From assembly GCA_036743055.1 (NCBI GenBank), contig DAINQE010000008.1, forward strand, positions 5,058 to 66,724: a DNA stretch of 61,667 bases, read 5' to 3'. Shown one piece after another: positions 17,208 through 27,288 of this stretch. This stretch comes from Candidatus Sabulitectum sp. Lineage in GTDB: Bacteria > Fermentibacterota > Fermentibacteria > Fermentibacterales > JCC-6. Made by a program: the position numbers and the translations under genes. Each line of letters begins with the position of its first letter. The stretch's first letter is position 1. The notes beneath the pieces were generated by a model. That model searched no databases. It was not told where the DNA came from and saw only the letters and a program-made list of their open reading frames with translations.

Positions 17208-18908
17208 CTACCTTACAACGGTCATCCTGGATGAAACAGTCTGGCCGTTCATGGAGGCCCTTACGAAGTAGATGCCGCTTCCCATTGTATCGGGAATACG
17301 CCAGCTGAAGGCGTTGGGACCTGCGGTGAGTTCGCCGGTCTGGATGTTGGCGGCTCTGCGGCCCGCAACGTCGTACACTGCTATGTCAGCCTGGCCGGAA
17401 ACCACTGCGTTCACACTGAAGGAAGCGTATGTGGCAACCGGGTTGGGGCTCACTGCGCTGATGCCAATCACCGCGGGGTTCACCTGTGCGCTCTGCTCCT
17501 CGGCATTGCCCACCATGGCCAGAGCGGCCAGAACAGCCTGATAGGCGTCGACCCGTCCAGCACCAAAGGTATTGTCCTTGCCCGAGGATCCCAGATCAAG
17601 GCTGGTCTCTTCGATGATCTGATCCATCTCAGCAACGGTGAGGTTGGGATTTGCACTGAGGATCAGCGCGGCAACGCCAGCCAGGTGCGGAGTGGCCATT
17701 GAAGTACCGCTCATTGTGGTGTATCCGCCGTTCCAGGCGGTACTCACAACATCAACTCCCGGTCCGCTGATGTCGGGGTCGATCAGGGGGCTGGAATCGG
17801 AGTAATCATACCACCAGGTGACCGGGCCGCGGCTGGAGAAACTGGCGATGTTGTCGCCGCTGTCGGTGGCGCCCACCGTAACCACAGCGCTCTGCCCGGC
17901 CTGGTAGGTCTGATCTGGGTGGAACCAGGGTGGAGGGCCGTCTCCCGGAGAAAGGACGGTGCCGGCACCGGGGCCGCTGTTTGCGGCTGCAATGCTGTGA
18001 TAGACACCTGCGGTGAGGGCGTTCTCGTTGGCTGTCCTGAGGGAAGTGTTGCCCTGGCCTGAGCCCAGGGACATGGACATCACTGAAGCTCCGTTGTCGA
18101 TGGCGAACTCCATGGCCTCTATCCAGGTTGGCTCGCCGCCGCTGTAGTAGTTGATCCTCAGGGCCATGATGGTGGCCTGGGGCGCTACACCCGTCTCGGT
18201 TCCCGCGGTGCCGTCGCCGGCAACTGAACCGGCGCAGTGGGTGCCGTGTCCGTAGTCGTCCATGGGGTCGCTGTCATTATCGAAAAAGTCCCAGCCGTAG
18301 TGATAACCGGCGGCGGTGTCGTGCCACATGTTGTTGCCCAGGTCGGAGTGGTTGTAGTCCACACCGGTGTCGATCACTGCAACGATGACTCCCTGGCCTT
18401 CATAGCCCAGGGCCCAGGCGTCGTCGGCGTTAATCTTTGAAACGCCCCAGGCGAGACCCTTGCCCCTCTCTTCTGCATTGAGGGGTCTGGTTTCCACAGG
18501 CTCAATGAGCCCGGAGTTCTCGTCGGTGGCCCTCTCCACGTACCACACATCTGACCTTGCGGCCATGCGCCTTATGGCGGAGGGGGAAGCTTCGCAGTAA
18601 ATGCCGTTGGAAAGCCAGAGGGACCTGATGTCCGTGGCGTTCAGGGAGGAAAGTTCCTCAAGTATTCCGGCCTGGGACGCCTGGGCCATCTCCTTCATGG
18701 CCTCCACGGCGAACTCCTGCCTCTGTGCCCTGTTCATTCCGTCGGTGGCTGCATCCACCCAGTTCCTGTCCACCTGGCCGTGGGCCAGTATGAACACCGG
18801 GATGAGGTCGGTGTCGGTGGCACCGGCGAGCATCATCTCCAGGTCAGGGCTGATGGTTCCCGCGGCGGCCAGGGAGACCGCTGCGAGCAGAACCAGCAAC
18901 TGTTTCAT
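17208..18908 (-). CDS. S8 (subtilisin-like) serine peptidase with T9SS-type C-terminal domain (paralog of 14012-15778)
   Basis: [32 protein letters not shown]; signal peptide MKQLLVLLAAVSLAAAG; tail ...GIYFVRASMNGQTVSSRMTVVR. Confidence 0.9.
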   Translation of the reverse strand: MKQLLVLLAAVSLAAAGTISPDLEMMLAGATDTDLIPVFILAHGQVDRNWVDAATDGMNRAQRQEFAVEAMKEMAQASQAGILEELSSLNATDIRSLWLSNGIYCEASPSAIRRMAARSDVWYVERATDENSGLIEPVETRPLNAEERGKGLAWGVSKINADDAWALGYEGQGVIVAVIDTGVDYNHSDLGNNMWHDTAAGYHYGWDFFDNDSDPMDDYGHGTHCAGSVAGDGTAGTETGVAPQATIMALRINYYSGGEPTWIEAMEFAIDNGASVMSMSLGSGQGNTSLRTANENALTAGVYHSIAAANSGPGAGTVLSPGDGPPPWFHPDQTYQAGQSAVVTVGATDSGDNIASFSSRGPVTWWYDYSDSSPLIDPDISGPGVDVVSTAWNGGYTTMSGTSMATPHLAGVAALILSANPNLTVAEMDQIIEETSLDLGSSGKDNTFGAGRVDAYQAVLAALAMVGNAEEQSAQVNPAVIGISAVSPNPVATYASFSVNAVVSGQADIAVYDVAGRRAANIQTGELTAGPNAFSWRIPDTMGSGIYFVRASMNGQTVSSRMTVVR

Positions 18909-19029
18909 GTCTCTCCTCTCGATCTTATGGGTGCGGTTGTGCGTTCCTGGTAATTCCTATTATTGCAGTATGTTTTTCCCCCGGCAACCGCCGTGGCACA
19001 TGCGCAAATCAACGAGCCATAGAATAAGC

Positions 19030-19770
19030 TCATGGTTTCGTGAAAGCAATGGCCTCACATTCCTTAAGGGTTGATGCATCCGCATCGTCAAGGGAAACCC
19101 CGCGCTCCTCCAGGAGTTCCTCGAGCATGTGGAATCCCTGGATGAAATCGGAGTTAGCTTCCCTGAGGGCCTGCTCGGGTTCAACCCCCCTTATCCTCAG
19201 CAGATTCACCACTCCGAAGAGCAGGTCTCCGGGATCCCCAGCCTGAATATCCTTCTTTACTTTTGCCAGTAGATCCTCCTCGCCGGGCCACGGGAAACCC
19301 ACTTCGGAAGCCCTCTGCTGTATCCTCCAGGCCTTCTGCAGGGCGGGCATGGATTCCGGGATGGAGTCGAAGAACCTCTTTTTCTCATTCTTCTTCTCCT
19401 GGGACTTGATGGCTTCCCACTGCTTCTCCACCTCTTCCGGGGTGAGGTCGGTGGTTCCGTCGAACACGTGGGGATGCCTTCGGACCAGCTTCTCCGTGAT
19501 CCGGGAAGCTACTTCGGCAAGGTCGAAGATACCCTCCTCCCTGCATATCTCAGCTGACATCACTATGTGAAGAAGAAGGTCGCCCAGTTCCTTCCTGAGT
19601 TCGTCCATGTCGCCTGAATCCACCGCATCAGCCACTTCGTAGGCCTCCTCCAGCATGTAGGGGCGGAGTGTCTGGAGGGTCTGGCTCCTGTCCCAGCTGC
19701 AGCCGCCGGGGCCCCTGAGCTTCCTCACAGCCTCCAGGAGTTCTTCCAGGGCGGCGGTGGTCCTATCCAT
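19030..19770 (-). CDS. mazG: Nucleoside triphosphate pyrophosphohydrolase MazG
   Basis: LLEAVRKLRGPGGCSWDRSQTLQTLRPYMLEEAYEVADAV, then a second MazG repeat with EE..E..D motifs. Confidence 0.9.
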   Translation of the reverse strand: MDRTTAALEELLEAVRKLRGPGGCSWDRSQTLQTLRPYMLEEAYEVADAVDSGDMDELRKELGDLLLHIVMSAEICREEGIFDLAEVASRITEKLVRRHPHVFDGTTDLTPEEVEKQWEAIKSQEKKNEKKRFFDSIPESMPALQKAWRIQQRASEVGFPWPGEEDLLAKVKKDIQAGDPGDLLFGVVNLLRIRGVEPEQALREANSDFIQGFHMLEELLEERGVSLDDADASTLKECEAIAFTKP

Positions 19771-21127
19771 GAAGGGCGCCGATCCCCAGCCCCTCCGCGG
19801 CCTCCATGGGTATCTCAGAGAGTGTCGGGTGGGGATGCACGAAGGATGCCGCGTCGGAAGCCCTTATGCCGGCATTAACCGCCATCACCGCCCAGCCGGT
19901 CATGCTGGAGGCATCGGCACCCACTATCTGAACGCCTATGATCCTGTCGGTTCCCTTTTCGGCTATGAGCTTCACGAAGCCCTCGGTCTCGTTCATGCCA
20001 ACCGCCTTGCCGTTGGCGATGTACCTGGCGGTGGAGGTGACCACGTCCACCCCCCTGCTTCTCCACTCGTCCTCTCCGGGGCCAACCATTGATATCTCCG
20101 GAAAGGTGAAGATGCACCCGCTCATGGCATCGGGGTTCACCTGCCTGGGGTATGCTCCGAACATCCTGTGGACCGACGCGAGACCCTGGGCGCTACCGGC
20201 ATGGGCGAGCTGCCACTTTCCCGTTGCGTCCCCGGCGGCGTATACACCCGGCAGGTTAGTTTCGCCGTATTCGCCGGTTACGATGTTACCCCTGTCATCC
20301 ACGTTCAAGCCGGCTTCACGGAAACCGCAGCCTTCGGTTTTCGACCTTCTGCCTATTGCCACCAGGATCTTCTCAGCCTCTATGAGGGTGCCGTCCTCCA
20401 GGGTAACGGAAGCCCCTGCGGGGGAGGTTCCAACACTGCCTGCAGGCTGTCCTGTATAAATCCTTACCTTCGATTTCTTCAGGGCCTTTTCCACCACCTG
20501 GGCAACATCACGGTCCACGCCTGGCAGGATACCAGGCAGCATCTCGATAATGGTCACCTTCACCCCGAAGGAGGCCATAATGGAGGCGAACTCGCAGCCG
20601 ATTACACCGCCGCCCACTATCACGAGGCTTTCCGGAAGGCTGTCCATTGCCAGCAGTTCCCTGCTGGTGAGAACCCCCTCCTTCGCCATGAACCCGGGAA
20701 CTATCGGGGAAGATCCCGGGGCAAGCAGAATGTTGTCCGCCTCTATTCTCCTGCCGTCCACGGTTATCAGGTCAGGGGCTTTCAGCTCGCCCCTGCTCCT
20801 TACGATCTCTACTCCCATGTGGGCGAAGTGGGCTTCGATGCCCTTCCTGAGCCTGGTAACGACCATTTCCTTCCTCTTCGAAGCGGCCTCGTAGTCAAGC
20901 TCCAGGGAACCCTTCAGCCCGAACTTCGAGGCGGAGAGGCCGTGCCTGTAGAGTGCCGCGGTTGCCACAAGTGTCTTCGTGGGTATGCAGCCCCTGTTCA
21001 GACAGGTCCCCCCCATCTGGTCCTCCTCCACAAGTACAACCCTTCTGCCCAGCTGGGCGGCCCTGACAGCGGGGATGTAGCCGGCAGGGCCACCGCCCAG
21101 CACCGCGAGATCGTACCTCTCAGCCAT
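19763..21127 (-). CDS. lpdA: Dihydrolipoyl dehydrogenase
   Basis: YDLAVLGGGPAGY...GGTCLNRGCIPTK redox-active disulfide, second NAD fold VIVGGGVIGCEFA, and C-terminal HPHPTLSE interface motif. Confidence 0.93.
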   Translation of the reverse strand: MAERYDLAVLGGGPAGYIPAVRAAQLGRRVVLVEEDQMGGTCLNRGCIPTKTLVATAALYRHGLSASKFGLKGSLELDYEAASKRKEMVVTRLRKGIEAHFAHMGVEIVRSRGELKAPDLITVDGRRIEADNILLAPGSSPIVPGFMAKEGVLTSRELLAMDSLPESLVIVGGGVIGCEFASIMASFGVKVTIIEMLPGILPGVDRDVAQVVEKALKKSKVRIYTGQPAGSVGTSPAGASVTLEDGTLIEAEKILVAIGRRSKTEGCGFREAGLNVDDRGNIVTGEYGETNLPGVYAAGDATGKWQLAHAGSAQGLASVHRMFGAYPRQVNPDAMSGCIFTFPEISMVGPGEDEWRSRGVDVVTSTARYIANGKAVGMNETEGFVKLIAEKGTDRIIGVQIVGADASSMTGWAVMAVNAGIRASDAASFVHPHPTLSEIPMEAAEGLGIGALHG

Positions 21128-21222
21128 GGATTACCTCCTTCTTCAAGCAGGGTGATTCTTTCGTTTCGACGGGGAACGAATATAATAGGCTCCATGGTGT
21201 CTTCCTGAAGGGAGGGGTCGCT

Positions 21223-21960
21223 TTGACGCTGTTCATTGCAGTTCTGGCTGCGGTCACCGGAGGAATGAACATGGATTCGCTCACGGCGGCCCTCCATGTT
21301 GAGACAGGAATGGCCTTTCTGGAGCAGGGGCTCACAGGGCGGGCAATGCTGGAATTCGACAAGGCTCTTGAAAGAAGCGATACCGCCTTCGAGGCCTACC
21401 TGGGAATGGGAAGGGCCCTTGCCGCCCAGGGTTCCTGGTCTTCCGCAGAGGAGCACTATCTGGTTTACATCTCCCATGCCCCCTGGGACCACAGACCGCT
21501 GGTTGAGCTTTCCGGAATGCTCCTGGAGCTTTCAGGCCGGGGAGATGAGGCACTGGAACTTGCGGAGAAGGCACTGGAACTTGCGCCCCTTGACGGCGGC
21601 TGCAGGCTTGCCAGAGCTCAGGCCCTGGAGGCTTCCGGATCATATGACGACGCCATGGCGGCCTATCTCTCTGTCATCGCGCAGAACCCTGAGTGCGAGA
21701 TGGACGCCCGGGTGAAACTGGGCGCTCTGCTCTATTCCCTGGGCGACATCCCGGAAGCCAGATCCGTTCTGCTGCCGGCGGCCGGGGAGAATGCCGAGGC
21801 CAGCAGGTATCTCTGCCTGATATACCTTGAGCAGGGGGACATGCTCAGAGCGGCTGACAGCGCGGCAAGATACCTGTTCATGGCACCCGACGGATACTGG
21901 GCCGATTCAGCCGGTCAGGTAATGATCGAGGCTTCGTTCATCCCCGGGGCGGTGGAGTAG
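21223..21960 (+). CDS. TPR repeat protein
   Basis: Repeated A..Y...G.A......A...Y 34-residue units; TTG start after a GGGAGGGG RBS. Confidence 0.7.
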   Translation: MTLFIAVLAAVTGGMNMDSLTAALHVETGMAFLEQGLTGRAMLEFDKALERSDTAFEAYLGMGRALAAQGSWSSAEEHYLVYISHAPWDHRPLVELSGMLLELSGRGDEALELAEKALELAPLDGGCRLARAQALEASGSYDDAMAAYLSVIAQNPECEMDARVKLGALLYSLGDIPEARSVLLPAAGENAEASRYLCLIYLEQGDMLRAADSAARYLFMAPDGYWADSAGQVMIEASFIPGAVE

Positions 21961-21961
21961 G

Positions 21962-23323
21962 TTGCAGCACCTCAGAGACCTGGCGGAGAGGGCGGTGGAT
22001 GGTTCCGAAGCGGATCTGGCCGAGATAACTGTATTGGCCTCGGAGAGGTCCCTGGTGATGCAGTCGGGGATAATGGCCGAGAACCACGGGCCGGTGGGAA
22101 GGCTCACCGGCATCGCAAGGGCATTCGTGTCCAACAGGTGGGGTCTCTGCGAGTTCGACGATATGGACGGGATGAGGGCGGCGCTGGACACCGCGGCGGC
22201 AAGGGCCATCCACGGTTCATCCCCCCCTGTTCCATTCCCCATGCTTTCCGAAGAACACAGGGATACATACGACGATTGCACAGGAGCCCTCTCTCCAGTG
22301 GACGTTTCCCTGAGGGAGAAGGCCTTTCTGTGCCGCCATTACTGCGAACTGCTGGGCGCATCCGCCGGCAGCGGCTCCGCCAGGGTTTCCTATGAGCAGA
22401 GCAGGACCGACAGGATCACTGTGAACTCCCGGGGAACCAGCCTCAGGGAGATAGAGACGCTGGGCTCCATGAGGATGGAGGCGGTGCTCCCCGGGGGCAG
22501 GGTCTTCATGAGCGAAACCGCCTCCAGGGGTTCATTCGAACCCTTCAGGGGCCTTGAAAAAAAGATAGAAGAAGCCGGAAAGAACCTGATGATAACGGAG
22601 ACATCAACTGTGATCGCCCCTGGCAAAAGCAGGGTGGTGCTTGCTCCTGAACTCACAGGCATACTGGTTCACGAAGCCTTCGGACACCTTACGGAGGCTG
22701 ATTTCCTCGAGGCCAACCCGGCGGTTGCCCACATGATGCGTCCCGGAGCCCGGATAGGTTCATCCAGGGTCTCCATTGTGGACGACGGTGGCCTGCTCTC
22801 CATGCCCGGGAGCATGAAGTGGGACTATGAGGGAAACCCAGGCGCACGAACCGTGCTGGTCAGCGAAGGAGTCATGGGCAGCTGGCTTCACACAGGGGGC
22901 ACCGCTTCCAGGAACGGAGCCGAGCCCACGGGAAACGCAAGGATCGCCGAGCCGGGAAGACCCCCGGAGGCAAGGATGACCTGCACCTACATGGAACCGG
23001 GAATACCCAACCTTGAGGAACTGCTGAAGATGCTGGGGAACGGGCTCTACCTCAGGGGTTTCATGGGGGGAGCAACCGACATGGACCGGTTCAGCATAGC
23101 GGTTCAGGAAGCCTGGACCGTAAGGGGCGGAGAGATCCACAAGCCTGTGGCCCCGGTGGTCATCTCCGGAAGGGTCACGGATTTCCTGACATCAGTGGAG
23201 GAAACCGGGAACGACCTGGCCATCACAGGGGCTCTCAGGGGATGCTCCAGAAGGGGCACTAACCCCGTTCCGGTGAGTTACGGCGGACCCCACATACTGA
23301 TAGACGGGGTACAGGTGACCTGA
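21962..23323 (+). CDS. tldD: TldD/PmbA-family metallopeptidase (TldD-like)
   Basis: HEAFGHLTEADF metal motif; C-terminal glycine-rich GGATD...SIAV...G region typical of TldD. Confidence 0.85.
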   Translation: MQHLRDLAERAVDGSEADLAEITVLASERSLVMQSGIMAENHGPVGRLTGIARAFVSNRWGLCEFDDMDGMRAALDTAAARAIHGSSPPVPFPMLSEEHRDTYDDCTGALSPVDVSLREKAFLCRHYCELLGASAGSGSARVSYEQSRTDRITVNSRGTSLREIETLGSMRMEAVLPGGRVFMSETASRGSFEPFRGLEKKIEEAGKNLMITETSTVIAPGKSRVVLAPELTGILVHEAFGHLTEADFLEANPAVAHMMRPGARIGSSRVSIVDDGGLLSMPGSMKWDYEGNPGARTVLVSEGVMGSWLHTGGTASRNGAEPTGNARIAEPGRPPEARMTCTYMEPGIPNLEELLKMLGNGLYLRGFMGGATDMDRFSIAVQEAWTVRGGEIHKPVAPVVISGRVTDFLTSVEETGNDLAITGALRGCSRRGTNPVPVSYGGPHILIDGVQVT

Positions 23324-24615
23324 TGGACGGAAGGGACATACTGGCGGCGGGGAAGCAGGTGGCCGAATCGGTGGAGGTGTCGGGCATCGTCAGGGAATGG
23401 AACTCCCTGGAATACAGCCCCGTGCTCACGGTACCAGCTTCTGGCAGGCGAACCGGCTGGGGTCTTCGGATGAAGAGGAACGGGAAACTCGGCGTTGCCG
23501 GACAGTGGGGACAGGTGGATCCCTATCAGCTCGTGGAGAGGGGAATAGGGAGCTGCCGGTACGGTCCGCCGGCGAACTTCGATCTCCCTTCAGAGGCACC
23601 GCTCACTCAGGAGAGTGTCCCTGACGGGCTGGCCGCCATGGATCACCAGGGAGCTTCGGACTATCTGGAGGAGGTACGCCAGGGGATGCTGAAGAGGGTT
23701 CCCAACGCTTCCCTGAGCGGACGGATATTCTGGAGCAGAGACTCCTTCACTCTGATGAACACCCGGGGGCTGAATGCCGGTTATGGAAAGACCAGGGCAG
23801 TCACCTCCCTCTCGGCAACCGTTCCCACCAGCGAGGGCCTGATGCAGTCCGGATGCGCCATGGACACCTCCTGTTCACTGCCATCGGTGAACGACGCGGT
23901 GGAGTCCCTTTCCCTTCCCCTGGCCTTCACGGGACTCACTCCCGGTGAAGCGGTTGGGCGCAAGAGGGTGGTCCTCGCCCCGGCGGCGTTCTCGATACTG
24001 CTGCAGGGCATCAGGGCCGGGGTAAGCGGCAGGCTGCTGTCCATGGGAAGCTCTCCCCTGCAGGGCCTGGAAGGCGACAAAGTGCTCAGTGACAAACTGA
24101 CCCTCAGAGACCTTCCCGGGCTGGCCAATGGAGCAGCGTCAGCACCCTTCGACAGCGAGGGAATACCGGCATCGGACAAGTACCTGTTCAGGGATGGAGT
24201 ATTCACCGGCTTCATCCACGACCTCCAGACCGCAGCGGCTTCCGGGGCGGCGGAGAGCACCGGAAACAGCGGAAGGAACCTGGGAGAGCACTCCCGTCCG
24301 GTGTGCACGAACCTTGTGGTAACCCCCTCCCACGGCACCACCGACTGGACGCTGGAAGAGACCGGGTCGGGAATCCTGGTCACCGGCATACTCTCCGCAG
24401 GCGGGGGCGACGCCGCCTCCGGGAGGTTCACATTCGACTGCGGAAGGGTGTTCCTTTTCAGAAGGGGAGAGATACAGGGCTACTTCGACGGCTGTGTAAT
24501 ATCCGGGAACGTTTATGACGCCCTGTCCAGGATCATCGCCGTTGGCGGAAGGGGCTACAGAACAGGGTCAGACATCCTGCCCTTCGTCTCCCTTGACGGC
24601 ATCTCCGTCAGATAG
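23323..24615 (+). CDS. pmbA: TldD/PmbA-family protein (PmbA/TldE-like partner)
   Basis: Same fold signature without the HExxxH motif; C-terminal ...SGRFTFD...GNVYDAL... pattern. The start overlaps the tldD stop by 1 nt. Confidence 0.8.
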   Translation: MDGRDILAAGKQVAESVEVSGIVREWNSLEYSPVLTVPASGRRTGWGLRMKRNGKLGVAGQWGQVDPYQLVERGIGSCRYGPPANFDLPSEAPLTQESVPDGLAAMDHQGASDYLEEVRQGMLKRVPNASLSGRIFWSRDSFTLMNTRGLNAGYGKTRAVTSLSATVPTSEGLMQSGCAMDTSCSLPSVNDAVESLSLPLAFTGLTPGEAVGRKRVVLAPAAFSILLQGIRAGVSGRLLSMGSSPLQGLEGDKVLSDKLTLRDLPGLANGAASAPFDSEGIPASDKYLFRDGVFTGFIHDLQTAAASGAAESTGNSGRNLGEHSRPVCTNLVVTPSHGTTDWTLEETGSGILVTGILSAGGGDAASGRFTFDCGRVFLFRRGEIQGYFDGCVISGNVYDALSRIIAVGGRGYRTGSDILPFVSLDGISVR

Positions 24616-25578
24616 ACCCCCCGGGGAGAAAACCTCCCTCATCCTTGCCGGAGTGATCCCCATAAGAGGAAAGGACACTCCGAAGGCGGCCACCTCACCA
24701 ATTGTTATCCAGAGCCTTGCCACCAGGGACACCAGCTCGGGAAGACCCGGCTCACACTCCGGAACAAGCAGCCTGATCAGCCATACGGTGGAAAGCTCTC
24801 TGGCGCCCAGCCCTCCAGGGGAGAAGATCATCAGGTAGCCTATGCCCATTGCTGCTGGATAGATGAATACCCCGGGGAGAAAGGGCATCCTCAGCCCGAA
24901 TGAGAGGGCAAGGAACCAGAAGGCCGCACCAAGGAAAACGAAAAGGGCAACATAGGCCGGAAGGATGGCAAGCATCTCCGTGAACCGGCACTTCCTGAGG
25001 GTTCCCCCGGTTTTCATCACCCTGGCGGCAAGCGCCGCAAGTTTCTGGAAGAACCAGGGGTGGACCGACGCCAGCAGAATCGCTGCGAGACCCGCCGCAA
25101 GGGCGGTTCCCGCGCCTGCCCCCATTCCGGCCTCGGAGGCCGCCAGGGGCATCAGGGGAATAACCGTGACCAGGCATCCCAGTACGATAAAAACGGTTTC
25201 CAGAATGAGACCCTGACCGATCTGAACCGGCTGAAGGCCCCCGCTGCGGCTGAGGCCGTACTTCCCCATGGCCGCCCAGACCTTTCCGGGAACATACTTC
25301 CCCACCTGTGAGAGGAAATGAATGGCGAACGCCTTCCTGAATCCGATTCGCCCCCCGGCAACCCTGGTTACAAGATCCCATGTCCAGCCCGCCATGAGGA
25401 GATGAACTGCCAGAAGCGCTGAACTGGCGGCAAAGAGGGGTACATCGAAGTTCAGCAGGTTGGAGATGCCTCCGGCCTGCTCCACTCCCTGGAGGAAGGA
25501 CCTGCCCAGGAACCACATCGAGAGAACTATGAAGATGAACCCAAGGGCCGCCATGAGGCCCTTTCCGTTCCTCCCCAT
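24568..25578 (-). CDS. UPF0104 / lysyl-phosphatidylglycerol-synthase-like transmembrane protein
   Basis: 336 aa polytopic protein. ...AGWTWDLVTRVAGGRIGFRKAFAIHFLSQVGKYVPGKVW... resembles the flippase-like UPF0104 core. Family assignment is from memory only. Confidence 0.6.
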   Translation of the reverse strand: MGRNGKGLMAALGFIFIVLSMWFLGRSFLQGVEQAGGISNLLNFDVPLFAASSALLAVHLLMAGWTWDLVTRVAGGRIGFRKAFAIHFLSQVGKYVPGKVWAAMGKYGLSRSGGLQPVQIGQGLILETVFIVLGCLVTVIPLMPLAASEAGMGAGAGTALAAGLAAILLASVHPWFFQKLAALAARVMKTGGTLRKCRFTEMLAILPAYVALFVFLGAAFWFLALSFGLRMPFLPGVFIYPAAMGIGYLMIFSPGGLGARELSTVWLIRLLVPECEPGLPELVSLVARLWITIGEVAAFGVSFPLMGITPARMREVFSPGGLSDGDAVKGDEGQDV

Positions 25579-26009
25579 CAGTCCAGTACGCTTACCCTGC
25601 TGGGTCTCTGATCCCTTGGGGATTCCCGGTCCTGCGAACCAAGGGGCAGGAAACCGGCATAGAAAGGAAGGCAGCAGAGCTGCAGCATTCTGGTGAGCTT
25701 TTCATCGCCGGGTTCTCTACCGTTCATTATTTCCTCTATTGCCCTGTAGAAAGACTCTTCCCGGTGCTCCCTGCTCTTCATGGATATCTCCCGCCATCCC
25801 GCGGGATTCTCCAGCCTGTTCAGGATCTTGATCACTTTCCTGTCAGGCTCGATACGGGCTTTGAAAATGGCCCTGGCGTCCTTGGAACTGAGAAGGGAGT
25901 GTATCTGCTTCCGGAACAGACTTCCCTGGACGATGCCTCTTCTGTGGAGGTCCGAAAGGGTCTGTATCCTCTCGGTTATCCTTTCCGAGGCCTTACCGGT
26001 GGACTGCAT
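25578..26009 (-). CDS. Hypothetical protein
   Basis: 143-aa ORF with a strong AAGGAG RBS. Overlaps the hflX stop (17 nt) and the next start (1 nt), so it is embedded in the operon. No recognisable motif. Confidence 0.5.
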   Translation of the reverse strand: MQSTGKASERITERIQTLSDLHRRGIVQGSLFRKQIHSLLSSKDARAIFKARIEPDRKVIKILNRLENPAGWREISMKSREHREESFYRAIEEIMNGREPGDEKLTRMLQLCCLPFYAGFLPLGSQDRESPRDQRPSRVSVLD

Positions 26010-27288
26010 CGGTCTCCTTCATGGTAAAAGATATTCCCCTGCTTCTCAGATATCGAGCTGCGCCCTGGGCGCCCAGGAAGAAACCGCAGGTAACCGTGGT
26101 CCCTCCATCGGAAGAGTGGTGGAAGCTGCCTGTAACGGCGTTCTTCCTTATCCAGTTCTCCACGTCGCCGGGGCAAATATCCATATTGAGGACCCGCCAG
26201 TCCAGTGCCTCCCTGCGACGGGCCTGTATCTCCATCAGAAGGGATTCCATGCCTGTGCCCCTCAGGGCGGAGACACCGATGCCTCCATCCACTGAAGCCT
26301 CCGGAAGGTCCAGTTTGTTCCATACCAGCAGTCTGGGTATCTGACCGGCTCCGATTCGCTCCAGTGTTTCCGTTACCGTTCTCACCCTGGTGGCCCTTTC
26401 CGGGTCAGACGCGTCGGCTACCAGCAGGATAAGGTCGGATTCGGTCACCGCGTCCAGTGTGGAGCGGAAGCTGTCCAGCAGCATCGGAGGCAGGTTCCTT
26501 ATGAATCCAACCGTATCGCTCATCACCACCGTTTCCCCGCCTGGAAGCTCCAGTCTTCTGGCGGTGGCGTCAAGGGTGGCGAACAGCCTGTCCTCGGACC
26601 TGACGGAAGAACCGCAAAGGCGATTGAGAAGCGTGCTCTTCCCGGCATTCGTGTAACCAGCCAGGGCCACGGAGAACATTCCCGACCTGAGCTTCCTCCT
26701 CGTTCTGGAGCCTGACTCCACCTTTGCAAGGCGGGCTTCGAGGGCTGAGATACGGGTCCTTGCCCTCCTTCGGTCCACCTCCAGCTGTGTTTCGCCTGGG
26801 CCGCGGGTCCCTATTCCCGCACCCAGCCTGTCAAGGTGATGCCACATGCCGGACAGCCGTGGAAGCATGTATTTCAGCTGGGCAAGTTCGATCCTCAGTT
26901 TTGCCTGGGGGGTCCTTGCCTGAAGGGCGAAGATGGCAAGGATCAGCTCGGTGCGGTCGATCACCTTGCACTCCGTGGATTTCTCCAGCCTGCCCACCTG
27001 GCCGGGGCTCAGGTTGTGGTCGAACACCATTGTACCCAAGTCCTGCGAACGGGCCAGGGCAGCCAGCTCCTCCACCTTGCCGCTGCCGACGAATGTACCG
27101 GGATCCGGCCTGTGCCGGCTTTGTGAAGCGACTGCTGCAACCGTTCCGCCGGCGCTTTCCACAAGACGGGTCATCTCGGCAAGATCGGCCTCCAGGGCAG
27201 GATCGCCGTGGAGGTTCACAGAAACCAGAAGGACCCTTTCGAGCCCTTCATCGGTTACTGTTCTGAAAGTGGTTTCTTCTGGGGGCAT
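25993..27288 (-). CDS. hflX: GTPase HflX
   Basis: HflX N-domain (...LILAIFALQARTPQAKLRIELAQLKYMLPRL) followed by G-domain LAGYTNAGKSTLLNRL, DTVGF, NKLD. Confidence 0.92.
   Translation of the reverse strand: MPPEETTFRTVTDEGLERVLLVSVNLHGDPALEADLAEMTRLVESAGGTVAAVASQSRHRPDPGTFVGSGKVEELAALARSQDLGTMVFDHNLSPGQVGRLEKSTECKVIDRTELILAIFALQARTPQAKLRIELAQLKYMLPRLSGMWHHLDRLGAGIGTRGPGETQLEVDRRRARTRISALEARLAKVESGSRTRRKLRSGMFSVALAGYTNAGKSTLLNRLCGSSVRSEDRLFATLDATARRLELPGGETVVMSDTVGFIRNLPPMLLDSFRSTLDAVTESDLILLVADASDPERATRVRTVTETLERIGAGQIPRLLVWNKLDLPEASVDGGIGVSALRGTGMESLLMEIQARRREALDWRVLNMDICPGDVENWIRKNAVTGSFHHSSDGGTTVTCGFFLGAQGAARYLRSRGISFTMKETDAVHR

Noticed and set aside
20168-21208. 346-aa ORF antisense to lpdA
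   Set aside because: Shadow ORF. lpdA is certain from its disulfide and FAD/NAD motifs.
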